This document shows, one piece after another, positions 33,455 through 44,700 of a DNA stretch of 64,000 nt (positions within the stretch are counted from its first letter, which is position 1; every line of letters starts with the position of its first letter). Source of the stretch: a bacterium (lineage in GTDB: Bacteria; Acidobacteriota; Terriglobia; Terriglobales; Acidobacteriaceae); assembly GCA_026225095.1 (NCBI GenBank), contig JAMFSC010000072.1, forward strand, positions 383 through 64,382, read 5' to 3'. The position numbers and the translations under genes are program-made. A model generated the notes under the pieces. It was not told the origin of the DNA, made no database searches, and worked only from the letters and a program-made list of their open reading frames with translations.

Positions 33455-34166
33455 TCTAAATGAGGCAACAATTCTGTTGGTGGATGATGAACCTGATATC
33501 CTCGAAATCTTTGGGAGGTGGCTTGAATTGACCGGCTGCCGCAACGTGTACGCAGCTAGAGGCGGAGAAGGCGCGCTCGCCATTATCAAGGATCACCCCA
33601 TCGATCTGCTGGTGACCGACGCACGCATGCCCATCATGGATGGCATTACACTTGTTCGCCATATTGCGTGGCTTGGGACTCCAATTCCCAGCATCGTCTT
33701 TGTCAGCGGCTTCGGTGACATCGACCAGAGGGAGATGCACGGTCTTGGGGTCGAGGCCTTTCTTACCAAGCCTCTCTCTCGCGGGCAGCTCATTCAAGTT
33801 GCGGAGAGGGCCCTGCAAGAAAGGTCCACTCTATGGCTTACACCGATGGAGTCCGCGTCGAGACAGTCAATGGACATTAGGATCGAGAAAACCGGCAAAA
33901 CCACGGGGCAAGACTCCATTCGGCTGGGACGGGGTGGATTCAGCGTAGACTACTCTGGTCCGATCGCTACAGGGGAGGTTGCTTTTAAATGCCGTCTTCC
34001 GTCGGAACAACGTGAAATTGCTGGCGATGGCTATGTGCGATGGCGATCAAAGAGTGACAACAAGATCGGGATCGAATTTGCCCTTCTCGACGCAAGCTGT
34101 CGTTCGTGGGTATTAGAGGAGATAGCAGTTACCCACTCTCGAAGCTTTATCCCCAGTCTTCTTTGA
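33408..34166 (+). CDS. Response regulator with a C-terminal PilZ-like domain (motif match is partial)
   Basis: REC blocks are present (ILLVDDEPDILE, DLLVTDARMPIMDG, IVFVSG, FLTKP). The C-terminal segment IRLGRGGFSV...IGIEFALLD resembles the PilZ DxSxxG region, but no clear RxxxR motif is seen. The start is uncertain. Confidence 0.7.
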   Translation: MLPIKKKIIKWRRPTNLNEATILLVDDEPDILEIFGRWLELTGCRNVYAARGGEGALAIIKDHPIDLLVTDARMPIMDGITLVRHIAWLGTPIPSIVFVSGFGDIDQREMHGLGVEAFLTKPLSRGQLIQVAERALQERSTLWLTPMESASRQSMDIRIEKTGKTTGQDSIRLGRGGFSVDYSGPIATGEVAFKCRLPSEQREIAGDGYVRWRSKSDNKIGIEFALLDASCRSWVLEEIAVTHSRSFIPSLL

Positions 34167-34490
34167 AGCGTGCATCGGATCTTCACCAAGACTGGATGTT
34201 TGGCGACAATTGGGACGAGTCGCACAGATATGATCAACCGTGTGGACAAGGAATCATGGAACCATCACCTGTTCTTGCCCATCGAGCCCGTGTTCACGCT
34301 CGAGGATTAATTTTGAGTTGGATTTGCCATTCGTGCGCCTGCCGCGCAGCTGCCGACTACAGTCGGTGAGGGTAGGTTTGTGCTGAAAACGCGCATGGCG
34401 ACCGAAGGTTTCTCTATTTACACAAAATCGCCGATGCACTCAATGACAAGCGATGAGTACCGATGAGCATCCGATGACGAGTGCGGTGCA

Positions 34491-35402
34491 TTGCACTATG
34501 GCCTGCCCAGCCACGACACGTTCAGCCGGTTGTTTCGCAATCTGGACCCGGAGCGGTTCCGCGAGCCGTTTCAGCGGTTCATGGCTCAATTTTCGGAGCA
34601 ATGCCAGGGCGTTGTGGCCATCGATGGGAAGGTCTTGCGCCGCTCGTTCGATCGGGCCAGTGGCAAGTCGACCTTGCACATGGTCAGTGCCTGGGGCTGC
34701 GAGCAGGGCATGGTGCTGGCGCAGATAGCCACCGACGCCAAGTCCAACGAGATCACCGCGGTGCCGAAGCTGTTGTAATTGCTTACGCTGAAGGGCACCA
34801 TCGTGGCCGCCGACGCGCTCAACTGCTAGCGTTCGATCGCGCAGCAGATCGTAGAGCAGGAAGGTGACTACGCGCTGGCGCTGAAGGGTAACCAGGGCAC
34901 GCTGCATGACGATGTGATCTTGCTTTTGGACGATCCAGACTGCAAGGTCGCCGTGGCCGCGCCCGTCGTCGAGGCCGACCACGGACGAATCGAGACCCGC
35001 ACGGCAACGGTTTCCACGGATATCGATTGGCTCCAGAAAGAGCACCAATGGCCGGGCCTGAGGGCGATCGGCAAAGTGATTCGAGTTCGCGAGACGCCAG
35101 AGAAAACAACTACCGAAATGGCCTACTACCTGCTCAGCAAAGCTCTGTCGCCGGAGCGTTTCAACACCGTTGTTCGCCAGCATTGGGGCGTGGAAAACAG
35201 GCTCCAATGGCGACTGGATGTGGTCATGAACGAGGATCAGGACAGAACTCGATTGGGCAACGGTCCCCACAGCCTCGCGGTGCTCAGATACATGGTCCTC
35301 AACGCCGTGAAAAAGAAAGGATCGAAAGGCTCCTTGCGCGGTAAATTCAAACGCTCCGGATGGGACGACGACTTTCTGCTCAGATTATTGGAGCAGTTTT
35401 GA
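34491..35402 (+). pseudogene. ISAs1-family (H-repeat-associated) transposase remnant
   Basis: ISAs1-type blocks are present (GLPSHDTFSRLF, VVAIDGKVLRRS, VSAW, QHWGVENRLQWRLDVVMNEDQ). There are two in-frame stops (TAA 34776-34778 and TAG 34827-34829). About 90 aa of the N-terminus are missing. Confidence 0.85.
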
Positions 35403-35691
35403 AATGCGATTGCCCTGTCACCAAGGCGGTCTGGCCCGATTGGAGCCCACAGATCAATAACTTCAACGGCTACGCTACGTCCCATCGTGCGGTCCGTGAA
35501 ACGCGAGACACCGGCCTACTGCTCCAGTCGAACGCTGCCGTCTCGCATAGCCATCTCTCATGCTATCGGTCGTCGTGCCAATAATCATACTATCTTGTCG
35601 TCTGGGGGTAGACAGAGCGTGGATCCTTAGTCCACTGTCACGGGTCGCCTGCCGGACTGACATCCTTCACCGACCTTGGAGAATGACCATC

Positions 35692-37145
35692 ATGGCTCTG
35701 CAGAATCTGACCATCGGTAGAAAGCTCTTATACAGCTTCTCCGCAGCTCTCGGGGCGTGTTTCGTCTCAGGTATTCTCAGCCTCGCCATGCTGGCCCGGA
35801 TGGACAGCAGCATGGATGAAGTTATTTACAAGACATCCAGAAAGCTGGTCCTGGCCGAGACACTGAACACGAATATAGCTGAGTTGATCTCCCTCAGCCG
35901 TGGATTCGAAATCAGAGCGCTCGCCAAGGACCGTGCAGGACTCGATAAATACCACGAGGAATATCTTACGCAGATCGCCGCCATGACACAGGCGAGAACC
36001 GAACTCTCGACGCTCATCTCCAGCGAGCAAGGGAAGCGTTTGCTTGGTGGCATCGACGAGACCATGAGTGGTCTTACTGGGTTCGGCGACCAAATGTACC
36101 AGAAGGCGGTCGCTGGAGATGTCCAGGGATCCGCCGATATTCAAAAGAACGACTTCCTCCCTTTCGCCGGCAATGTGCGAAAGCAGGTGGCCGCTCTCAC
36201 CGTTTTTCAAACAAACGTCGCGGCCACAGCTACGCAGGCGAACAAATCTGTCGAGACCCAAAGTGCCTGGTTCACGATCTCAATTCTCCTGTTCGCCGCG
36301 GGCGTCGGAGTCATTGTTACGTTTGTTGTACTCCGCATCAACCGGGAACTTCGTGCTTCGGTCAACACGCTCAGAGATGGAGCTGAACAGATTGCTGCAG
36401 CGGCCTCCGAAGTCTCGGCCTCCAGCCAGTCCCTTGCGCAGGGCGCCTCTGAACAGGCCGCGTCCATTGAAGAGACCTCTGCCTCCAGCGAAGAAATCAA
36501 CGCTATGGCTCGGCGCAACACCGAAAACTCGCAAACCACTGCGTCCATGGTCTCCAGTCCAGCATCCAGTTTGAGAAGACCAATCGTGAACTCATCAATA
36601 TGGTTGCGGCCATGGACGGCATCAACGCCTCCAGCGAACAAATAGCCAAGATTATAAAAGTGATCGATCAGATCGCCTTTCAAACCAATATCCTCGCACT
36701 CAACGCAGCCGTCGAGGCTGCCCGCGCGGGAGAGGCTGGGGCCGGATTCGCAGTCGTCGCCGATGAGGTCCGTAATCTCGCGCAGCGCTCCGCACAAGCC
36801 GCCAAGGACACGGCCAGCCTTATCGAGGATTCCATCGCCAAGTCTCAAGCCGGGAAGCTTCAGGTCGACCAGGTGGCCACTGCCATCCGTACTATCACCG
36901 CGGAGGCGTCTAAGATGAAGGTCCTAGTCGACGAAATCAATCTCGGCAGCCACGAACAGTCCAAAGGGATCGGACAGATCTCCAATTCGATCCACCAAAT
37001 GGAAAAGGTGACACAGAGCAACGCCGCTGCCGCCGAGCAGACCGCCTCCGCAGCCCAACAACTCCTCGCCCAGTCCAACTCCGTTAAGGAAGTAGTCGAT
37101 CAGCTCACCTCTATGGTGGGCCGAGACAGCAGGGCTTACGCATAA
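35692..37145 (+). pseudogene. Methyl-accepting chemotaxis protein interrupted by a frameshift near 36550-36560
   Basis: The N-terminal part (4-helix-bundle sensor, TM2, HAMP-like) lies in the frame of ORF 35560..36645. The signalling domain ([37 protein letters not shown]) lies in the frame of ORF 36600..37145. Frame 2 reads sensibly ([16 protein letters not shown]) back to about 36555. Confidence 0.8.
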
Positions 37146-37666
37146 AAGATGAGCATTTCGTCCAACGACCTGCCCCTTTTCGGGCAATGCGTGTCGCGTT
37201 CCTTGCCGGTCACATCGACCGGCTAGGAACTCTGAGGCATATCCTGCTCTGTGTCACCCCTATCAATAGAACGTGGCGCGCTTATGTCGGATTGTGCACA
37301 TTGCGGACACATTGTGGTGCCACAACAAGTCCTATTTTTTCCGATATGAACAACATTTAGGCGCAACTGACAAGTCCGATGGGGTTTACCTCACGGATCG
37401 CCGGTATGCCTTTCTATTGCCGGGAAGCCTCTTTCATTCCTCGACGAACCACAATGCTGATATGAACCGACCGACCTCTCAACTCAGGTGATGAGCGAGG
37501 TTTCCGGCACATGATAGCCCCCTCGGACCCGCCATCGTTTTGTGAGCAAATCCCATACTTGCCAGTGAAGGATACCTGTTGAGTGCCGATATTCAATCTG
37601 AGGTGAATCTGTGGCAAGCAATGTCCGTAAAATGGAAGTCGCAGGCTACGGGACGGCCGTCCAGCA

Positions 37667-40600
37667 ATGACGAGGCCTGCCGCATTGGTTCTGGCGTGGA
37701 TAGGCTTTCAATGTTCTGCAATGGTGGGCCAACACCAGACAGTGGCTGCTCTTCCAATCGCAACGGTCCGGCAGGTCCGTCAACTTACGCCTGAAGACGC
37801 CGCATTGGCTCATCCTGTGCATCTGAGCGGGGTCATCACAGCCTTTTCCGGTTATAGAAATTCTTTTTTTCTACAAGACCAGACTGCGGGTATATCCGTC
37901 GATCGTACCGATTTTGCGGATGCCCATGTAGGAGATCGTGTCGAGGTGACCGGGGTCAGTGGGCCGGGCTTTTTTGCGCCGGTGGTAATTGCCTCAAAGG
38001 TGCTGGTGAAGGGGCGAGCTTCTTTGCCCCGCGCCGTTCCAGTCACTTACTCCGATGTAGTTGGCGGCGCAGAGGATAGCCAAAGAGTCGAATTTCGCGG
38101 TATTGTCCGTTCCGCAAATATTAAGAAGGTTTTCGATCACACGGCTCTCGTGGTCATCCTTGATGTTGGTGGGTCTGCAGTGAAGCTGGTCCTCCAAGCT
38201 TTTGCAGGCGTTCATTACATTCATCTCATCGATGCTGCTGTGCGTGTTCGTGGAGTGTGCGCCACAGAGTTCAACGATCGGCGACAGTTTGTTGGAGTCA
38301 GCCTGATCGTCCCTGCTAGGAAGGATTTCGACGTCCTGCATGCATCAAATGCCGAGCCCTTTGCCGAGCCAGTCGTGTCCGCCCGTGATGCTTTTCGATT
38401 CGGGCAGATGGCACACCGGATCAAAGTATCAGGGACTATTACCTGGATCCTACCGAACAGGGGCTTCTACCTGCAGCAAGGGAATGATGGCATCCGCGTT
38501 CAGACCGCCTCAAGGGAGATCCCCGAGCTAGGCACTGCCATCGAGGCGGTCGGCTTTCCCGCCATGGGAGAGTACGCGCCTGTCCTTGAAGACGCTATCT
38601 TTCGCCCGGCCAGCCGCTCTTCTCCCGTTAAGCCCCAGTTTATCGAGGCGGGGAACGTCATCAATCGCCATGTCTACTTCAACAGGACGAAATATGATGG
38701 CCAGTTGGTTGAGCTGCGGGGCCAGATAGTTAACAGCCGCAGAGGAGGTTCCGAGGATGTCTTCCTCTTGCGTCAGGGCGAGGAACTCTTCGAGGCTCAT
38801 CTAAACCGCTCCAGCGCCGACCCCGTATCCCACATTGCCGATGGGAGCGAGGTGTTGCTCACCGGCATCTGTGTCATATCCTCAGACGCCGATCGCAACC
38901 CGGCGTCTTTTGTTATCCTCCTCCGGTCTCCGTCCGACATTGCTATCCTCAAAGCCGCTTCGTGGTGGACTACTGGACACACCATTCGCGCACTGGAATT
39001 GGCCGTAGCACTTACCTGTTGCGTCTTGTGGTGGGTCTGGTCGCTAAAGAGCCAAGTCCAGAAGCAAACCGAGCAGATACGCTCCCAGCTCAAGGAAGCT
39101 GCCGCACTAAGAGAGTTGGCTGAAGTTGCCACTCGCTCCAAGAGCGAGTTCCTGGCCAACATGAGCCACGAGATCCGAACACCTATGAACGGCGTGCTTG
39201 GCATGGTCCAATTACTTTTGTTGACCGAACTCTCCGAGGAGCAGCGACACTTCAGTGAAGTGGCGCAGAGTAGCGGACGGACCCTGCTCGCGGTGATCGA
39301 CGACGTTCTGGATATATCCAAGATCGAGGCCAGCAAGATCGAGATCGAGTGTCTTGAGTTCAACCTCCGCCTGGCGCTCGAGGAGATCACCGAAGTCTGG
39401 CGCATCCAAGCTGGAACAAAGAATCTGGACTTTCGCTCACGGCTGTCTGCGGACGTGCCGACGATCGTTCGGGGCGACGTCAACCGCCTCCGTCAGGTTT
39501 TGAACAACCTGGCGTCGAACGCCATCAAGTTCACCTCGCGTGGCAAGATCGTGCTCGAAGTGGCCGTCGCCGGGTCAGAGGATGGCAAAACAGCCGTGCG
39601 TTTCGCGGTGACCGACACCGGTATCGGGCTGCGGGCGGACCAGGCAGCGAAGCTATTCTCGCCCTTTGTTCAGGCGGATGCATCGACGACACGCAAATTC
39701 GGAGGCACAGGCCTGGGATTGGCTATCTCGAAGCATCTGACCGAGCTCATGGGAGGCTGCATTGGAATCGAGAGCCGCGAGGGGGAAGGGGCGACTTTCT
39801 GGTTCACCGTCATCTTCGAAACGGTGGCTGCGATGGATTTGGGTGAAGACGAGTTGTTGCTAGGAGACAGAAGCGCTGAAGTACAGCTTCTCGATCAGGT
39901 GTCGGGTGAGTCTGCCGCCCGAGGCACGGTTGTGTTAGCTGCCGGTCCCGCAACAACAGGTCGCGGGGACGAGGCCCGTATCCTCGTCGTAGAGGACAAC
40001 GCGACCAACCGGTTTGTCGTCCTGGCGCAGCTGAGTAAGCTGGGGTATCAGGCGGAGGCAGTCATCCATGGCGCCGAGGCGATCAGAGCCTTGCGCCACA
40101 AAGCCTACGACCTCATATTGATGGACTGTGAGATGCCAGTAATGGACGGGTATGAGGCGACGCGGCGCATACGCGGGTCGGGCGGCCCTCGAATACCCAT
40201 TATCGCCCTGACGGCCCACGCAATGGCAGGAGATAGGGAGCGATGCCTGCGCGAGGGTATGGACGACTTCATCTCCAAGCCCTTGGACATGCAGCACCTT
40301 GCCGATGTACTTGCAAAGTGGAACAAGGCGGCAGTTCCGTTGGTGAAGGCTGAGATCTTGCCGGATGTACCCGCGAAGCCGCCAGCTCCTGTCTTCGATG
40401 GCGAGGCCCTGCTGAACCGACTGATGGGAGACCGCCAGCTCGCCGAGATCGTGCTGGGAGGCTTCATTGGCGATTTCCCTTCTCAGATGGATACCCTACG
40501 TAAGAGATTGTCCGAGAAGGACGGACCGGGTGTTCTCCTTCAGGCTCACTCACTGAAGGGATCAGCAGCCACCGTTTCAGCGGTGAGGCTGAGCGTGGTG

Positions 40601-40723
40601 GCGATGGAGATGGAGACCGCTGCCCACACCGACAAGCTAGACCTTCTCGGAAACCTCATGCCCCGTGTGACGGAAGAGTTCGAGCAGCTGAGGCGTGAAC
40701 TGAAAGTTTCCGGATGGCTATAA
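37667..40723 (+). CDS. Hybrid sensor histidine kinase (periplasmic sensor - HisKA - HATPase - REC - HPt)
   Basis: A signal/TM segment is followed by a ~430-aa extracytoplasmic region and a second TM. HisKA ([18 protein letters not shown]), HATPase ([26 protein letters not shown]), REC ([23 protein letters not shown]) and HPt ([11 protein letters not shown]) follow. Confidence 0.9.
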   Translation: MTRPAALVLAWIGFQCSAMVGQHQTVAALPIATVRQVRQLTPEDAALAHPVHLSGVITAFSGYRNSFFLQDQTAGISVDRTDFADAHVGDRVEVTGVSGPGFFAPVVIASKVLVKGRASLPRAVPVTYSDVVGGAEDSQRVEFRGIVRSANIKKVFDHTALVVILDVGGSAVKLVLQAFAGVHYIHLIDAAVRVRGVCATEFNDRRQFVGVSLIVPARKDFDVLHASNAEPFAEPVVSARDAFRFGQMAHRIKVSGTITWILPNRGFYLQQGNDGIRVQTASREIPELGTAIEAVGFPAMGEYAPVLEDAIFRPASRSSPVKPQFIEAGNVINRHVYFNRTKYDGQLVELRGQIVNSRRGGSEDVFLLRQGEELFEAHLNRSSADPVSHIADGSEVLLTGICVISSDADRNPASFVILLRSPSDIAILKAASWWTTGHTIRALELAVALTCCVLWWVWSLKSQVQKQTEQIRSQLKEAAALRELAEVATRSKSEFLANMSHEIRTPMNGVLGMVQLLLLTELSEEQRHFSEVAQSSGRTLLAVIDDVLDISKIEASKIEIECLEFNLRLALEEITEVWRIQAGTKNLDFRSRLSADVPTIVRGDVNRLRQVLNNLASNAIKFTSRGKIVLEVAVAGSEDGKTAVRFAVTDTGIGLRADQAAKLFSPFVQADASTTRKFGGTGLGLAISKHLTELMGGCIGIESREGEGATFWFTVIFETVAAMDLGEDELLLGDRSAEVQLLDQVSGESAARGTVVLAAGPATTGRGDEARILVVEDNATNRFVVLAQLSKLGYQAEAVIHGAEAIRALRHKAYDLILMDCEMPVMDGYEATRRIRGSGGPRIPIIALTAHAMAGDRERCLREGMDDFISKPLDMQHLADVLAKWNKAAVPLVKAEILPDVPAKPPAPVFDGEALLNRLMGDRQLAEIVLGGFIGDFPSQMDTLRKRLSEKDGPGVLLQAHSLKGSAATVSAVRLSVVAMEMETAAHTDKLDLLGNLMPRVTEEFEQLRRELKVSGWL

Positions 40724-41399
40724 ACCCTTGTTGCTCGCCAATCCGACTGCTTTTTTGGGTGGAAGCTGTGACGAACTGCTTGCGAATAAGCTGCTGCTGT
40801 TGAATCTAGTCCCTCAAGGGTCACGACAGCCGGTACCCATCGAGAGATCTTCGATCTTCGGGACACCTCCGTCTTCGCGATCACTCTTCTAGCGAAGCGC
40901 TCGGATTCCCGATGTTCTACGCGACGAGATCGAGCATCGTATGCTGCCTGAAGAAGGGCTTGACTGACAGTCGAGCTGCGGAAGCAGATCGAATCCTTTA
41001 GCAATGAAGTTGTAGATAGAACACGGGCAGAGAATATCCGCGTTTACGGTAGTAATGGACCAAGAGCCTGGGATGGGTGTTGTTGTCGCCACCTCGACCA
41101 TTGCAGAAGCATGGGGGCCGGGGCACGCACCCATCATATAGATGACATCGCAGGGGAGATCGCCTCGATACTAGATTGACATCATAGTCGACGGAGACAT
41201 ACTAGGATAGCCAAGAGAGGAAAGGAGCGGGGGAACAGCATGGAACACACCCTTCGCCATGATAAAGCTTGCAAACGTAGACGAAATCGTAGCCGTCAAA
41301 ACCTCCGAGAGCAACACGAAGCCACATTTTCAAATCAGCCGGTCATAACTTATTTATTCCAAAGGCATGAACTTCGAGAAACTCCTAAATAGGAAAAAT

Positions 41400-41545
<146 letters not shown>

Positions 41546-41625
41546 CCTCCGGCTTGCTATCCCTGAACATGCGCCTGGCCTTGGCTTCGGACATCCCACT
41601 TGACGCTTCCTCGTCTCGCGTCCGT

Positions 41626-41662
41626 CTGCGCCGGAAGCCATCGGTAATGGCTTCCGGCGCAG
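41626..41662. terminator. Perfect 16-bp stem / 5-nt loop hairpin downstream of the TonB-dependent receptor gene
   Basis: The hairpin is CTGCGCCGGAAGCCAT-CGGTA-ATGGCTTCCGGCGCAG. It lies 59 nt after the stop at 41721. There is no U-tract on either strand, so intrinsic termination is uncertain. Confidence 0.45.
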
Positions 41663-41720
41663 ATGACGTACGCACCGCCTAAAATCTCACCCCACACAAC
41701 GGGCGATTGCAGCCGGGCTA

Positions 41721-44700
41721 TCAGAACTCGATCCGTCCGGATAGCTGCATTCTCCGTGACTGCGTAAGCAGCCCGCTATAGACGCCAACCTGGGTCCCAT
41801 CGGTGGAACCGGTGTCGATCTGGTGCGAATCGAAGCGGACCGAGTTCGTCACGTTGAAGACCTCCCAGGCGAAGTGGAGACGGAACCTTTCTGTGATTGC
41901 CACGTTCTTATGCAGGCCCGCATCTACGTTGAAGTAGCCGTCTCCCACAAGCTTATTGCGCTCTCCGGCCTCTCCCGGATAAGGATCTCTCAAGTTCTTG
42001 AGAGCTGCCGTTGGGTCGTCGAATGCCTGCGGTGACCCGGCTGAGGTAATGTGCTTGCGCATCTTGATCGGCCCGGTCTGTACCTGGTAGCCCTCATACT
42101 CCCAGTTTGTTGACCAGCCGTCTCCATCCGAGATGGCGAATGGCAGGCCACTTGAGGCGCGGGCGATTCCTGAGAAATACCATCCTCCGATGACTGAATT
42201 GGCGAGATGCCCGGCGCCTCCGCCGTACCGCTGCCCGGTTCCCACCGGCAGTCGCAGCACCCAGTCTGCGGTGACCAGATGCTTGGTGTTGAAGTCCGAA
42301 ACGGCATAGTTCTTTCGCGGGTTGAATGCATCCAGGATAAACCCGTAGTTATACAAGCTATTGTTCGTCGGATTGCTTTCCGAATCGGAACCCATGTCGA
42401 GCGACTTGGAATAGGTGTAGCTGATGTCCAGTTGGACGTTGTGCTTCATCGGATGCCGTAGGATGAACTGGCCCGCGTTGTAGGAGGACGAGCCCAGGGA
42501 TGAAGTCACATACAGAGAGGAATATTGCAGCGGCCAGTACCGGCCCGTCTTCCCCCCGCAGCCGGGATCGCATGAGATGTCAAGGTTGTACAGGCCGGCC
42601 GTCTCATTGCCACGCACGTATTGCCAGAGGTTGCTATAGATGTTCTGAGTGGCGGACATCGTCGACGTCTTCGCGTCGGGGAAGAGATCCTCCCAGTAGG
42701 CGATGGCCCCAACATCGGTGCGGCCCTGATCCACGGCCTGCGAGAGCATCGTGCCAGCCGTGTAGTAGTCCATTCCGCCCTTGGGGTCGACAAGGTCCAG
42801 AGGCTGCGCCAGATCTTCCTGCTGCAGAAGGTGCCGGCCCAGACGGCCAACATAATCTGCCTCGAAGGTGAAGCCGCCCGGAAGCTCGCGCTGCCAGGAG
42901 AAGTTGAATACCTCCGAATAGGGCGTCTTGATGTGATCGTCCAGACCCTGCGTGATTGCAAAACCGGTTCCAGTCGGATCATCGGAAGGGGTCTGCGGAT
43001 AGCTGATGCTCGATGGAGCCGAAGGAACGAGGCCGCCCGGAAGATTGTGCAGCCCCGTAAACCGCGGAGAGTTATCGACCGTCTGCACGCTCGCCGGGTT
43101 GGTGATCGAAGAGGACAGCGAGAAGGACCCTGCGCGCGAGTAGTTCGTGACCAGGCCCTGACCGAAGTGGTCGTAGTAGATCCCGAATCCGGCCCGGATG
43201 GAGCTTCTGCCTGCGCCTCCGAAGACCTTGTTCATCCATGTTCCCTCATCCGTAATGGGGGAGAATACGAATGCAAGACGGGGCGCAACATTACCCCAGT
43301 TGATCGGGTAGAGCGGCTTGCCTCCATTCACCTTGCCCGATGGTGCAAACGAGATCTCGGGCTGAACGCTGTTGCCCAGCGCGGCCTGCTGTCCCCGGGT
43401 TTGAAACCACTGGTGAATATCGATCGTCGGCTGGACCTGCTGCCCGTTCGTCTCGTACGGCGTCTGCAGGATGCTGTGGCGGATTCCAGCGGTGATCGTC
43501 AGGTTGCTGATTGGACGCCAGGTATCCTGGATGTAATACTCGGCCTCGTTCGTACGGAACGATCGGCCTACCTTACCGCCTTGTGGAAGCAGATTCCCCG
43601 TCTTTCCGCCAGACAGCGTGTAGTTGAATTGACTTGTCTGCTCATCCACAAGACCTGCCAGCATCGAAGCCGCGAAGTCGTAGTTGCTGGAAAAAGCAGC
43701 CGCAGTGCCCGAGCCGTCTGAGACAGGCGCGTAGCCAAAGGCGGCCGGATCGAGGCTCCCACCAAGCCCGGAGATACCGGCGTTCAACAGCCAGTAGGCG
43801 TTCGAGCTCCCCGAAGAGTAGGAGTTGGCATCCGTCTGGTTCTCATAGGTGAACCGCCGGTAATTCAGCCCTACCTGGATGGTGTGCTTGCCCTTCGTCC
43901 AGGTGTAGTCGTCGATCAGGTTGTGCGTGGGTACGATCGTGGCGGTAGACCGCGTCATCCCCGTCGGGGTGTCGAGTGTCCGAAATGTGACATAGCTTCC
44001 AGACCCCACACCCGTCGTCGCGATGCTCTGCCGGATGAACCCATAGCGCAGGTTGTTGACCGTGTTTGACGTTGGGACCCACGTGTAGTTTCCGGAGATT
44101 CCCTTCGAATCGTCTGTCGACTTTTTGTTCGACGGCAGCCCTGGAAACTGCGGAAGCGCGGTCATAGCCGAGGAGTCGCTATCGTTCTGCATGCTCGCCC
44201 GAACATAAAACCTGTGCTTGTCTGAAGGATTGAAGTCCAACCGCGTGATGTAGACATTTTGAATCACCGGAGCAGGCGCCGCGAACGTATACGACGCTGT
44301 ATTCAAACCGTCGCCGGACAGTGTGCCGTTGGGCAAAGGATAGCTCTTGAACAGCGCAAGCGATGCTGGATTATCTCCGGGGCCGGTTGGACAGGTTCCA
44401 TTCCCGGAACAGTTTGGATCCATCGCAGCGACATCCGATGGCATCAACGTCACCACAGAGCCATCGTTCGTATAGTACTGCAAGTTTCCAGCACGCAGAG
44501 ACGCCGTCGGAACTGTGCGTGTCACCGTGGCCGATTCGTTCTGGCGATTTCCTTCATAGTTTCCGAAGAGAAAGATCTTGTCCTTCCGCAGCGGTCCGCC
44601 CAGCGACACTCCGTAGGTATTCCGCACCAGCTTGCCCGGACGGTTCGCTTCTCCGGACTGAAGCTGTCCGGATTTGTTAAACCAGTCATTCGCGATCCCG

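Noticed and set aside
35560-35691. N-terminal extension of the MCP ORF (MLSVVVPIIILSCRLGV...)
   Set aside because: The canonical MCP N-terminus (MALQNLTIGRKLL...) starts at 35692, with GGAG upstream. The extension is probably untranslated.
41240-41392. A 50-aa Arg-rich ORF (MEHTLRHDKACKRRRNRSRQ...) ending just before the right direct repeat
   Set aside because: It is too short and too compositionally simple to call. The GGAG lies 12 nt from the ATG. I kept it only as a note.
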